Assembly (NCBI GenBank): GCA_041913065.1
Contig: JAYSGD010000020.1
Coordinates: 1,354 to 65,353 of the forward strand
Source of the DNA: Microvirga sp.
GTDB taxonomy: Bacteria; Pseudomonadota; Alphaproteobacteria; Rhizobiales; Beijerinckiaceae
Reading direction: 5' to 3'
DNA: 64,000 nucleotides
This document shows positions 21,428 through 33,346 of this stretch, in pieces. The notes under the pieces were generated by a model, which was not told the DNA's origin, did not search any database, and worked only from the letters and a program-made list of their open reading frames with translations. Every line of letters starts with the position of its first letter. Position 1 is the first letter of the stretch. The position numbers and the translations under genes were made by a program.

Positions 21428-21555
21428 TTGGCTGATTTCACGCGGCATCGCTTTCTTCCTCCCGGCGATGTCGTGTCGGCCGTTCCCTCTGGAAGGTTTT
21501 GACTTTTTTGTCGGACCTCTACTTTTATGCCGGGCCCTTGGCCCGGCTTTTTTTT
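21428..21555 (+). ncRNA. candidate AbcR-like (alpha-r15-type) trans-acting sRNA
   Basis: A 12-bp hairpin at 21440-21451/21465-21476 has the loop UUUCUUCCUCCCG. A single-stranded GUUCCC follows at 21482-21487, then a strong intrinsic terminator. There is no plausible ORF. It lies directly downstream of the LysR gene. Confidence 0.55.
21529..21555 (+). terminator. Rho-independent terminator
   Basis: GCCGGGCC ctt GGCCCGGC followed by T8. Confidence 0.8.
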
Positions 21556-21587
21556 GGCCTCGCCGCCGCGCTACCTGGTGCAAGGCG

Positions 21588-23321
21588 CTACTTGGCGTCG
21601 GACCGGGTGACCTCTTCCTTCAGCATGCGGCGCAGGATCTTGCCGACATTGGTCTTGGGCAGGAATTCCCTGAATTCGACGCGGCGCGGCACCTTGTACC
21701 CGGTCATGTTCTCGCGGCAGAAGTGGCGCAGGTCCTCGACGGTCAGGGACGGGTCCTTGCGGACCACATAGGCCACGACCATTTCCCCGGACTGATCATC
21801 CGGCAAGCCGATGACGGCCGCCTCCATGACGCCGGGATGCTGAACGATCACGTCCTCGACCTCGTTCGGATAGACGTTGAAGCCGGAGACCAGGATCATG
21901 TCCTTCATCCGGTCCACGACCTTGATCTGTCCGTCCGGCAGGATGGTGCCTACGTCGCCCGTGCGGAAATAACCGTCCGGCGTCATGACCTTTGCGGTCT
22001 CTTCCGGATTCTCCCAGTAGCCGGCCATGACCTGCGGACCCTTGACGCAGATCTCGCCGCGCTCGCCGGGAGGCAAGGTGGCGCCGTCCGTCGAGCGGAT
22101 GACGACGTCGGTGGAGGGCAGCGGATAGCCGATGGTGCCGGTGAACTCCTCGATGTCGAGGCGGTTGGCGCAGACGACCGGCGAGGTCTCGGACAAGCCG
22201 TAACCCTCGACGATGGGACGGCCGGACACTTCCTTCCACTTGCGCGCCACCGTTTCCTGGGTCGCCATGCCGCCTGCAACGGCAAAGACGAGCTTCGAGA
22301 AATCTACGTCCCTGATGCCTTCGGCATGAGCGAGCGCATTGTAGAGCGTGTTGACGCCGGCCATGAGCGTGAAATGGCTCTTCTTGAGAATCTTCACGAA
22401 GCCCGGGATGTCGCGCGGGTTTGCAATCAGCAGCTGGCACCCGCCGATCTTCGTCATGAGAAGCGCGCAGACCGTCAGCGCGAAGATGTGGTAGAGCGGC
22501 AGCGCGGTGACCATCGAGTGGTCCTCGCGCTCGCCGAAGAACGGACGCATCCAGGCCTCGCATTGCAGCACATTGGCCGTCACGTTGCGGTGAAGCAGAA
22601 TGGCGCCTTTGGAGATGCCGGTCGTTCCGCCGGTATATTGCAGGAACGCGATGTCGTCCGGCGAGACATCCACGGGCTGCGGCTTCTTCGCGAGGCCTTG
22701 CTTGTGGATGCTGGCAAACGAGAGCGCGCCCGGAATGGTGTACGGCTTGACCGCCTTTTTCACATAGCGCGAGACGAAATTGACGATCTGCCCTTTGAAA
22801 CCGAGCAGATCGCCGGGCTTCACGATGATGACCTTGGTCAGCGTGACATCCGCCATCGCCTCCTGCACGGTCTCGGCGAAGTTCTCCAGCACGAAGAGCG
22901 TCTGGACGCGCGCGTTCACCAATTGATGCCGCAGCTCGCGGGCAGTGTAGAGCGGATTGACGTTGATGACGACGCCGCCGGCCAGCAGCACGCCGAACAT
23001 GAGCGCCGGATAGGCCATCACGTTCGGCAGCATGATCGCGACGCGATCACCCTTCTTCAATCCTTGGCTCTGCAGCCACGAGGCGACCGCTTCAGCGCTG
23101 CGATTGAGCTCGGCATAGGTCATCTTGCTGCCGAAGCTTTCCACCGCGGCGCGGTTCGCGTAATCGCGAACGGCAGCCTTGTAGATATCGACGATGGTGC
23201 CGATGCGGCTCTCATCGATCGTCTTGGATACGCTCTGCGGATAGGACTGTAGCCAGGGCCGGGCCGAGGCGGTTCCAGCAGCGTCGTTGAGGGTGGCCGC
23301 TGGTGTCGTGGCGTTCATCAT
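21588..23321 (-). CDS. long-chain fatty acid-CoA ligase (AMP-binding enzyme)
   Basis: 577 aa. The AMP-binding signature is LQYTGGTTGISKGA. Also contains GYGLSETSP and a C-terminal KILRR. Confidence 0.85.
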   Translation of the reverse strand: MMNATTPAATLNDAAGTASARPWLQSYPQSVSKTIDESRIGTIVDIYKAAVRDYANRAAVESFGSKMTYAELNRSAEAVASWLQSQGLKKGDRVAIMLPNVMAYPALMFGVLLAGGVVINVNPLYTARELRHQLVNARVQTLFVLENFAETVQEAMADVTLTKVIIVKPGDLLGFKGQIVNFVSRYVKKAVKPYTIPGALSFASIHKQGLAKKPQPVDVSPDDIAFLQYTGGTTGISKGAILLHRNVTANVLQCEAWMRPFFGEREDHSMVTALPLYHIFALTVCALLMTKIGGCQLLIANPRDIPGFVKILKKSHFTLMAGVNTLYNALAHAEGIRDVDFSKLVFAVAGGMATQETVARKWKEVSGRPIVEGYGLSETSPVVCANRLDIEEFTGTIGYPLPSTDVVIRSTDGATLPPGERGEICVKGPQVMAGYWENPEETAKVMTPDGYFRTGDVGTILPDGQIKVVDRMKDMILVSGFNVYPNEVEDVIVQHPGVMEAAVIGLPDDQSGEMVVAYVVRKDPSLTVEDLRHFCRENMTGYKVPRRVEFREFLPKTNVGKILRRMLKEEVTRSDAK

Positions 23322-23495
23322 TCTTCCTCCCGCTTATGAGCGAGGCCTGCTTTAATGGAGACGATATCTCCTTAAGGCAGAGATTGGCGCTAAAGCCCCC
23401 CTTTGTCGATGGGCCGAAGGAAGGAGAAACGGCCGGTTTCGGCGAAACCGGCCGTCTGATGGGTGTTTTGCGGTCAAATCCTGCTGATCGAAGCC

Positions 23496-25535
23496 TCAAT
23501 GAGCCTTGTGGAGCACCATTTCGGCCGGCTTGCCGCTCAGTTCGGACAGATGGTCGAAACGCGTGGAGAACGTGCCGACACCGGCCGTCACGGACCGCAA
23601 TTCGATGATCAGGTCGCCGATCTCCGCCTCCGGGATGGTCGCGCTGATCACATCCCAGCCCGACCAGCCGGGCCTGCTGTCGTAGCCGAGGATCTGCCCG
23701 CGCCGTGCCGTCACGAGGCCGGTCGCCTTGGACAGGGCGTCCGTCGGAATCGCGATCTCGGCGGCGAGAACGGGTTCCAACAACACCGGCTTCGCCTTCG
23801 GCAGCGCCTCGGCCAAGGCAAGCTTGGCGGCGGCCTGGAAGGCGGCATCGGATGAATCCACCGTGTGGTAGGAACCGTCCGTGAGCGTTACGGCGATGTC
23901 CACCAGCGGGAAACCGAGCGGGCCGCTCTTCAACGCATCGCGCACGCCTGTTTCGACGGAGGGAATGTACTGGCGCGGCACCACGCCGCCCGTGATCCTG
24001 TCCTCGAAGAGGAAGCCTTCGCCCTTCGGCAGCGGCCTGATTTCGAGCATCACGTCGCCGTACTGGCCGTGACCGCCGGTCTGCTTGCGATGCCTGCCGC
24101 GCGCCGATGCGGGTGCACGGATCGTTTCGCAATAGGCCACGCGCGGCTTCATCATTTCCACGCCGACCTGGAAACGCGCCGCGAGTTTCTCGACGGCGAC
24201 CCGCAGATGCATCTCGCCCTGGCCGAGCAGCCTGATCTCGCCCATGTCGGGACGGGTTTCGACGACGAGCGACGGGTCTTCTTCCGTGATCTTCGTCAAG
24301 GCGCTCGAAAGGCGCACGTCGTCCTTGCGATCCTTCACTTTGATCGCGAGCATATAGACAGGCTCAGGCGGCGCGGAGGATACGATGGCGTCCGGACGCG
24401 TCTTGCCGGCTGCGAAGCTGTCGCCTGTCGCAATGCCCTCCAGCCGTCCGAAGCCAAGAGTATCACCGGCCTTCGCTTCCTGTACGCGCGTGGTGTTGCT
24501 GCCGACGATCGTCATGAGGCTGCCGATGCGTGCCTCCGTGCCGCGCGATCCCAACACCGTGTCGCCTTCGTGAAATTCCCCGCGCAGAACGCGAGCGAGC
24601 GAGAGCTTTCCGCCCTGTCCCATATGCTGCGTTTTCATGACCTGGGCGAGAGGCGGCCCATCTTCGGGAAGCCCAAGGCGGGTGAGGGTTTCCTGCAAAC
24701 CCGGCGCTTCATGACGCAGCGCCTTGAGAAGGCGCGTCACGCCGTTCCCGCGCTCCGCCGAACCGATGAGCGCAGGCACCACATGCCGTTCCTTCAGCTC
24801 GCGCGACAGATCGTCGAACACGCGGTCGCGCGGCGGCTCGATCTCGGAGATCAAATCTTCCATCAACGCATCGTCGTAATCGGCGAGACGTTCGAGCATG
24901 GCGTAACGCGCTTCACGCTCGCGGGAGTCCTCGCCGTCGGGCATCTCCACCACTTCGCTCGCCGCATGCTCGCGATAGATGAAGGCCCGCTCCAACGCGA
25001 GGTCGATGAATCCTCTGACGATACCGTCCTTCCACAGCGGGATCTGGCGCAGGAGCAACGGCGTGCGAGAAGCCTGCTGCAGCAACGCCAGCGTTTCGCG
25101 CACGCGCTGCGTGGCAGAGTCGATCTTGTTGATGAACAGGAAGCGCGGAATGTCGGCTTCCTCGAGTTCCCGCAAGATGACTTCGAGGGCGGGCACCTTG
25201 CGCTCGTCCGCCTCGCACACGACAATCGCGGCGTCGCATACGGGCGTGACATTGCGCATTTCGTGCATGAATTCCATGGAGCCGGGGCAATCGACGAAGG
25301 TCATCGCCTCACCCAAGAACTCGACTGTCGCGACATTCGGTTCGATGCTCATGCCATGAGCGCGGGCCTGTGCGCTTGCATCACCGACACTGTCGCCATT
25401 GGCGACGCGGCCTGCGCGGGAGATCGCGCCTGTCCGCTCCAGGATCGCTTCGAGCAGCGTGGTCTTGCCGCTCTGGAATGGGCCGACGATGGCGATGCAT
25501 CGCGGGCCCGCGGCTTGTCTGCCGTTGGGTGCCAT
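23496..25535 (-). CDS. elongation factor G paralog
   Basis: Starts at MAPNGRQAAGPRCIAIVGPFQSGKTTLLEAIL with GGAAGGAG upstream. GTPase G1-G4 motifs and EF-G domains II-V are present. It is not in an str-operon context. Confidence 0.85.
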   Translation of the reverse strand: MAPNGRQAAGPRCIAIVGPFQSGKTTLLEAILERTGAISRAGRVANGDSVGDASAQARAHGMSIEPNVATVEFLGEAMTFVDCPGSMEFMHEMRNVTPVCDAAIVVCEADERKVPALEVILRELEEADIPRFLFINKIDSATQRVRETLALLQQASRTPLLLRQIPLWKDGIVRGFIDLALERAFIYREHAASEVVEMPDGEDSREREARYAMLERLADYDDALMEDLISEIEPPRDRVFDDLSRELKERHVVPALIGSAERGNGVTRLLKALRHEAPGLQETLTRLGLPEDGPPLAQVMKTQHMGQGGKLSLARVLRGEFHEGDTVLGSRGTEARIGSLMTIVGSNTTRVQEAKAGDTLGFGRLEGIATGDSFAAGKTRPDAIVSSAPPEPVYMLAIKVKDRKDDVRLSSALTKITEEDPSLVVETRPDMGEIRLLGQGEMHLRVAVEKLAARFQVGVEMMKPRVAYCETIRAPASARGRHRKQTGGHGQYGDVMLEIRPLPKGEGFLFEDRITGGVVPRQYIPSVETGVRDALKSGPLGFPLVDIAVTLTDGSYHTVDSSDAAFQAAAKLALAEALPKAKPVLLEPVLAAEIAIPTDALSKATGLVTARRGQILGYDSRPGWSGWDVISATIPEAEIGDLIIELRSVTAGVGTFSTRFDHLSELSGKPAEMVLHKAH

Positions 25536-25709
25536 GAAAAGTCTCCTTCCCTTGCCCCCAGTGATGTACGCCCTGTGTCCTCGGGCGCTTGGCAGTCTCT
25601 TTCTCGAGAATGCTCTGCTCATTGAGCGATCTTGGCAAGGAGTCTTTTGCGGATACGAGAACGACCAAGCGAAAGCTTGGCCGTTGAATTTCTCTCGGAT
25701 GTCAGAGGA

Positions 25710-26183
25710 TTACCGCGCTGCCCGCAACTCGAAGTCGCTGACGCCGAGGGCGAAATTCAAGCCGGTCTGCCCGCTGACGGAAAGCGGCTGTAGAGCGATG
25801 GATCTGTTGTTGCCCCCGACCAGAACATTGGCGCCCAGGCCCGCTCCCAAGGTCGCCTCGGCCGAGGCGCCCACGTAGCTTCCGGCGAGCGAACCCGGCG
25901 CAACGCTGCCGCCGGAGAAGACTGCCCAAGCCAGAACGCCCCGTCCCGTCACGCCGACATCGAGCCCGAAGCGACGGATCACGCCGACATAGCGCTCATT
26001 GCGTCCCCGGCGCGGATCGAAGGTGCATACGGTCGATTGCTGCGATGTGACGATGAGGCCGATGCCGCCGGACACGCTGCAGGTCAGGACGCCTACGCGC
26101 GTGCGGTTCTGGGCCTGCGCGTCCTGAAAACCCGATGATGCGACGAGAGCTAGGAATGCGGCGGGAAGAGCGACGCGAAGCAT
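25710..26183 (-). CDS. DUF992-family exported protein
   Basis: MLRVALPAAFLALVASSGFQDAQA signal peptide, then VGVLTCSVSGGIGLIVTSQQSTVCTF...LGANVLVGGNNRSIALQPLSV. Confidence 0.7.
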   Translation of the reverse strand: MLRVALPAAFLALVASSGFQDAQAQNRTRVGVLTCSVSGGIGLIVTSQQSTVCTFDPRRGRNERYVGVIRRFGLDVGVTGRGVLAWAVFSGGSVAPGSLAGSYVGASAEATLGAGLGANVLVGGNNRSIALQPLSVSGQTGLNFALGVSDFELRAAR

Positions 26184-26218
26184 GGTTGAACTCCTAAGCT
26201 TGGTGAAGCTTAGCGAGC

Positions 26219-26243
26219 AACCGGCGGGCCGGAATGTCGTTCC
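26219..26243 (-). promoter_or_regulatory. EcfG-like promoter, near match (GGAAC-N16-GGTT)
   Basis: On the minus strand GGAAC (26243-26239), N16, GGTT (26222-26219), about 36 nt upstream of the DUF992 ATG. Confidence 0.35.
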
Positions 26244-26327
26244 ATCGCCAGGCCGACACTCCTGCAACAATATCGGATTGCCTCGGGAGTTACGCCGTAA
26301 TCCCGAGGCAGTATTGAGCGAACTGGC

Positions 26328-28706
<2,379 letters not shown>

Positions 28707-28736
28707 TCAAAGCTTGGCCGGACACGGTCAAAATGG

Positions 28737-28752
28737 TTAATGATTAGTTAAC
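28737..28752 (+). promoter_or_regulatory. perfect CtrA box TTAA-N7-TTAAC
   Basis: TTAAtgattagTTAAC in an intergenic region. Confidence 0.5.
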
Positions 28753-28799
28753 GCCGATACTTAGCCAAGTCTCTCAAAGAATGACTTCAGTCCGCACCT

Positions 28800-28824
28800 G
28801 GAACTTTCCTGATTCAAAGAGGTT
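28800..28824 (+). promoter_or_regulatory. EcfG-like promoter, near match (GGAAC-N16-GGTT)
   Basis: GGAACtttcctgattcaaagaGGTT, about 42 nt upstream of the ATG at 28866. Confidence 0.35.
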
Positions 28825-28865
28825 TTTTATCCAAACCCACCTTGGCCTCTCAAGGGGAAGTGCCA

Positions 28866-29057
28866 ATGAAGACCTTTCGCTCAAGAACCACCTGCCATGT
28901 GGCATCCCGCGCCCATCGCGTCGACGCGCAGCAACAGAATCGCTGGTCCCTGGTGCTAATCATGATCATGGGCCTTGCGACGCTTTCGGTCCTGGCGACC
29001 ACGCAATCGCTGTCGGCTCAGGATACGAATACTGTCCACGTCTATTCGCACCGATAA
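28866..29057 (+). CDS. possible small exported peptide (63 aa)
   Basis: GGGGA Shine-Dalgarno 8 nt upstream. MKTFRSRTTCHVASRAHRVDAQQQNRWSLVLIMIMGLATLSVLATTQSLSA-QDTNTVHVYSHR. GC is low. No family recognised. Confidence 0.3.
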   Translation: MKTFRSRTTCHVASRAHRVDAQQQNRWSLVLIMIMGLATLSVLATTQSLSAQDTNTVHVYSHR

Positions 29058-29120
29058 CGCCGGAGTGATCGGCAGCACGGTTGACGCCCTGCCCCGAAGG
29101 GTTAGCTCTCCGACCCTGGA

Positions 29121-29232
29121 GCATAGTGCGAAAAACCGGGTCCACTTTTTCGCACGAACGATGCTCTCATTCTAAGAAGCAAGCATTGGATGGATCCCAA
29201 AAGTGCAAGTCCACTTTTGGGACCGATGCTGT
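29121..29232. repeat. composite palindromic repeat element (MITE/REP-like), copy A
   Basis: Hairpin GTGCGAAAAA/TTTTTCGCAC at 29126-29155 with loop CCGGGTCCAC. A second hairpin CCCAAAAGTG/CACTTTTGGG lies at 29196-29221. The whole unit recurs inverted at 59405..59522. Confidence 0.75.
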
Positions 29233-29251
29233 AGACTGACGGAGAGCCCCG

Positions 29252-30391
29252 ATGATGATACCCCGCCTCGCCCTCGCCTGCGCCCTGACCTTCGCCGCCG
29301 CCCCTGCGGCCCTCGCCCAGGACACGCAGCGCCTTCGCACCGACAAGGTCGAGGTGGTCGTCGAGACCTTCGCCCGGGGCCTGCAGAATCCGTGGAGCCT
29401 CGCCTTCCTTCCCGATAACAGAATGCTCGTGACGGAAAAGCCCGGCCGCCTGCGCATCGTCTCGGCCGACGGCAGCCTGTCCGAGCCCATCAAGGGCCTG
29501 CCCCGCATTTCGGCACGCGGCCAGGGCGGGCTTCTCGATGTGGCTCTCGATCCCGATTTCGGCCGGAACCGCCTCATCTACATGAGCTTCGCGGAGGACC
29601 GGGGCGAGGGCAAGAACGGCACAAGCGTGGCCCGCGCCCGCCTGAGCCAGGATGGCACGGCCCTCGAGGACACGCAGGTGATCTTCCGCCAGGAGCCGTC
29701 CTATGCGGGCACGCACCATTTCGGATCGCGCCTCGTCTTTGGCCGCGACGGCAATCTTTTCGTGACGCTGGGCGAACGCAACGACCTGCGCGATCAGGCG
29801 CAGAACCTGGCGAACCACATCGGCAAGATCGTGCGCATCAAGCCGACCGGCGGCGCCGCAGCGGACAATCCCTTCCTCAACCGCGAAGATGTGCGGCCGG
29901 AGATCTGGTCCTACGGCCATCGCAACGTGCAATCGGCAGCGCTCAACCCGGCCACGGGAGAGCTCTGGACCGTCGAGCACGGCGCGCGCGGCGGCGACGA
30001 GGTCAACATTCCCCAGAAGGGCAAGAACTACGGCTGGCCCGTGATCTCCTACGGCGTGCATTATTCCGGCCAGAAGATCGGCGAAGGCTCGGCGAAGCCC
30101 GGCCTGGAACAGCCGGTCTATTACTGGGACCCGTCGATCGCCCCCTCGGGCATGGCCTTCTATACGGGCGACAAGTTCCCGGCTTGGCGCGGCAGCATTC
30201 TGGTCGGCGCGCTGAAGAGCAAGCTCGTGTCCCGGCTCGAGACGAACGGCAACAAGGTGACCGGCGAGGAGCGGATGCTCCAGAACCTCGGCGAGCGCAT
30301 CCGCGACGTGCGCCAGGGGCCGGACGGCCTGGTTTACCTGCTCACGGATTCCCAGCAGGGCCGCATCCTGCGCATGAAGCCTGCGGAATAA
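29252..30391 (+). CDS. PQQ-dependent soluble sugar (glucose/sorbosone) dehydrogenase, YliI-like
   Basis: 379 aa with a signal peptide and beta-propeller motifs ([36 protein letters not shown]). Confidence 0.85.
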   Translation: MMIPRLALACALTFAAAPAALAQDTQRLRTDKVEVVVETFARGLQNPWSLAFLPDNRMLVTEKPGRLRIVSADGSLSEPIKGLPRISARGQGGLLDVALDPDFGRNRLIYMSFAEDRGEGKNGTSVARARLSQDGTALEDTQVIFRQEPSYAGTHHFGSRLVFGRDGNLFVTLGERNDLRDQAQNLANHIGKIVRIKPTGGAAADNPFLNREDVRPEIWSYGHRNVQSAALNPATGELWTVEHGARGGDEVNIPQKGKNYGWPVISYGVHYSGQKIGEGSAKPGLEQPVYYWDPSIAPSGMAFYTGDKFPAWRGSILVGALKSKLVSRLETNGNKVTGEERMLQNLGERIRDVRQGPDGLVYLLTDSQQGRILRMKPAE

Positions 30392-30398
30392 GGCCGCT

Positions 30399-30719
30399 TC
30401 AGCCGCGTGGCCCGAACAGGATGACCGTCGCGCCGACCAGGCAGAAGGCTGCGCCCGCCAGATCCCACCGGTCCGGGCGCGTGCTTTCCACGCCCCAGAG
30501 CCAGAGGAGCGAGGTCACAATATAGATCCCGCCATAGGCCGCATAAGCGCGCCCGGCGGCATCGCTCGGCGCCAGCGTCAGCAGATGGGCGAAGAGCGCC
30601 AGGGAGCCCATTCCCGGCACGAGCCACCAGGCCGATTTGTCGAGGCGCAGCCACGCCCAGAACGCGAAGCAGCCTGCGATTTCCGCCAGCGCCGCACCGG
30701 CATAGATGGCGAAGGTCAT
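30399..30719 (-). CDS. ynfA: YnfA/UPF0060-family membrane protein
   Basis: 106 aa with 4 TM helices. [26 protein letters not shown]...YAAYGGIYI. Confidence 0.8.
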   Translation of the reverse strand: MTFAIYAGAALAEIAGCFAFWAWLRLDKSAWWLVPGMGSLALFAHLLTLAPSDAAGRAYAAYGGIYIVTSLLWLWGVESTRPDRWDLAGAAFCLVGATVILFGPRG

Positions 30720-30722
30720 CGC

Positions 30723-31064
30723 TTATCTGCCGTGGAAGATGAAGGCCGCGCCGCCCGCGATGAGACAGAAGCCGATCAGATGGTTCCAGCCCAGCGGCTC
30801 CTTGAGGTAGAGCACCGAGAAGCCGGCGAAGACCAGAAGCGTGATCACCTCCTGCATGGTCTTCAGCTCGGCCGCCGAATAGACCTCGGAGCCGATGCGG
30901 TTCGCCGGCACGGCGAGCCAGTACTCGAAGAATGCGATGCCCCAGCTCACGATCACGGCCATCCAGAGCGCCGTTGTCTTGAATTTCAGGTGCCCGTACC
31001 AGGCGAAGGTCATGAAGACATTCGATGCGACGAGCATCAGCACGGGCGTGACGTGTGGATTCAT
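30723..31064 (-). CDS. DMT-superfamily small membrane protein (DUF486)
   Basis: 113 aa. LVASNVFMTFAWYGHLKF...AELKTMQEVITL. Confidence 0.75.
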   Translation of the reverse strand: MNPHVTPVLMLVASNVFMTFAWYGHLKFKTTALWMAVIVSWGIAFFEYWLAVPANRIGSEVYSAAELKTMQEVITLLVFAGFSVLYLKEPLGWNHLIGFCLIAGGAAFIFHGR

Positions 31065-31240
31065 GGGATGGCCGTTTGAGGAAGATGGTTGAGAATATTG
31101 GGCAAGTTTCCCCTTGCCCTATTCTTCTGAACGGCAGTGTCAAGCCGCCCGGGCAACCAGGATGGGATATGTCGCAGGAAGCCTGGAGCATCGGGCGCGA
31201 ACGATGATTTCATTCAGAGCGAAAGAATCGGATCGCGGCG

Positions 31241-32059
31241 TCAGCACAAGGCGGCTTGTGCGCCGGCTCTCGGTGGGCGGCAGGCTTGCCGCGCGGGAAC
31301 AGGCAGGGCGTTGAGGCGCGCCAGCACCTCGGATCCGCCTGCGATCTGCGGGTTGGACGGATCGAAGCCCTCCCGCCGCTCACGCTGCGTGACGAGGCCA
31401 CGCGCCGTCTCGAACGCCGCGTCGAGGCGCGGCTCCCTGCGCAGGGCCTTGTTGAAGAACGCATCGCCGAAATAGGTCCAGGCCGCGCCGTCGCGGCAGC
31501 CGAAGGACGGCTTGTCGGCGGCGGCGGCCGTGATCACGAGCGTGCGCGGATCGGCCAGGGCATCGGCGAAAACGCCCGAGTAGCAAGCAGAGACGATGAG
31601 GATGCGGTGCCGGGCCTTGGTCTCGTTCAGCAGGACCTTCACGTCATCGGGCGTCAGCAGTTGCGCGTCTCGCCCGGCCACGATGCCGACGCCCTCCGGC
31701 GCTCCATGCGAGGTCAGCACGAGCGCCACGATATCTTCCTCGGGGTCGACAACCTGCCCGGTCGCCCGTGCGGCGGCAAGCAGAACGGGCGGCGTCGCAC
31801 CGAAGCGCCGCTTGGTATTGAAGCGCACGATGGTGCGCCCCTTCGAGCCGAGCTGCGTTTCGAGAATGCGCGCCGCGCCCTTCGCCTCGCTCTCGAAAAC
31901 GCTCTGCGAGCCCCACAGACCGAAGGAGAGCGCATAGACATCGACCTGCCCCGGCCTTTGCGGCTGGAGAGCGAACCGGTTTGCTTGAGCCGAGACCTCG
32001 GTGGCGACACCGGCGGACAGCAAAGCTGCGATGAGGAAAAACGTGAGGAATCGGCGCAT
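31241..32059 (-). CDS. peptidase C13 (legumain-like) family exported protein
   Basis: Starts MRRFLTFFLIAALLSAGVATEVSA. The His/Cys dyad context is LVLTSHGAPEG and ILIVSACYSGVF. The upstream extension in the track is rejected. Confidence 0.7.
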   Translation of the reverse strand: MRRFLTFFLIAALLSAGVATEVSAQANRFALQPQRPGQVDVYALSFGLWGSQSVFESEAKGAARILETQLGSKGRTIVRFNTKRRFGATPPVLLAAARATGQVVDPEEDIVALVLTSHGAPEGVGIVAGRDAQLLTPDDVKVLLNETKARHRILIVSACYSGVFADALADPRTLVITAAAADKPSFGCRDGAAWTYFGDAFFNKALRREPRLDAAFETARGLVTQRERREGFDPSNPQIAGGSEVLARLNALPVPARQACRPPRAGAQAALC

Positions 32060-32195
32060 GACGACCTTTTCTCTGTCGGAATATCCTAACAGCCATACCG
32101 TTTCGTGGGAAAGACCGACAGAAGCTGAACCGAAAGCCCTCTGAATGGTTTCCCCTCTCACAGAACTTAAAACCAGGTTTTCGAAGAGGGTTTCG

Positions 32196-32585
32196 ATGGA
32201 TATCGCGCTGGACAAGGTGTGCGAACTCATTCTCCGGGTCAGGGCTATCGACGTGAAGGAGGGGGTGACCGACCCCGCCTCGGGCTCCAACCCCATCGAC
32301 GACGGCGCCATCGATGCCCTCACCACTTCCCCAGACGATGCCACGGAAGACGAACTGCGCGACGTGATCGCCGGCCTCAACGACGACGAGCGCGCCGATC
32401 TCATCGCCCTCGTCTATATCGGCCGCGGCGACATGGAGCCGGAGGAATGGGGCGACGCGGTTCGCCTTGCCCGCGAGCGGGAAGAGGCGAACTCCGTCTC
32501 GACCGCCGACTGGCTGATCGGCATCCCCAACCTCGCCGACCTCCTCGACGAGGGCCTGAACGCCATGGGGCGCAGCTGCATCTAA
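32196..32585 (+). CDS. DUF3775 domain protein
   Basis: MDIALDKVCELILRVRAIDVKEG...DDERADLIALVYIGRGD. AGAGGG Shine-Dalgarno upstream. Confidence 0.75.
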   Translation: MDIALDKVCELILRVRAIDVKEGVTDPASGSNPIDDGAIDALTTSPDDATEDELRDVIAGLNDDERADLIALVYIGRGDMEPEEWGDAVRLAREREEANSVSTADWLIGIPNLADLLDEGLNAMGRSCI

Positions 32586-32800
32586 GCCTCCAACACCATC
32601 CGCTGTTCTACCGGCATGCCCGATCTGGTGTCGGAATCGCGATTGGGTGAGCGCCTCGTCATTCACCTCTCGTGACTGTGATCGACTTCACAGACATCTG
32701 TCCTGTTTTCGTGTGCATAGCAGAACCAACACGGTAACGGTGCCCTATTTGCGACACCAACCAGGACAACAATCGTATCCATAAATGCATGGAGGATGCC

Positions 32801-33028
32801 ATGTCTCCGCGTTCCCCTAAAGACACGCGTGAGGACGACATGCAGGACAAAGCTCTGCATGTCGTCCCCGACGCAATCAGCGAAGCTCGCGCGCTCAAGG
32901 AAGACGCCGCTCTTGCGGATGAGATGCCCCCTGTCGAAGACGCAAAGCAGGTCGAATTCGTCGAGACCACGGTCGAACTCGACCGCGTTGCGATTTACCT
33001 CAAGGGCCCAACCGCCTTCAGTGCCTGA
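32801..33028 (+). CDS. small acidic hypothetical protein (75 aa)
   Basis: GGAGGA lies 6 nt upstream of the ATG. The product is highly acidic. It lies in a low-GC intergenic stretch. No family recognised. Confidence 0.4.
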   Translation: MSPRSPKDTREDDMQDKALHVVPDAISEARALKEDAALADEMPPVEDAKQVEFVETTVELDRVAIYLKGPTAFSA

Positions 33029-33346
33029 GCGGCCATATTTTCCCTTACACTGATCGCCAAGCAATTCGTCACCGGCCATAAGAGATCGGGCGATCAAAGT
33101 CTGCGCGTGCAGACATCGATGGCATGTCAAAAGCAGCGCCCCGCGACCGCACCCTGCGGCCAAGACAGACGCTATTTCGCCATGCTTGTGGGAGCCGGGT
33201 CGAACTCCGCGCCCGTATCGAATGGCGCGCCAAGATAATGTAATTGAATAGCGCAAATCCCGCCAAGGTGATATTTCCGTGAGCATCGCCGCAACCGCAA
33301 GCCAGACGCAAGGTTGTCGAGCATAGGATACTTGACGGGAGACACC

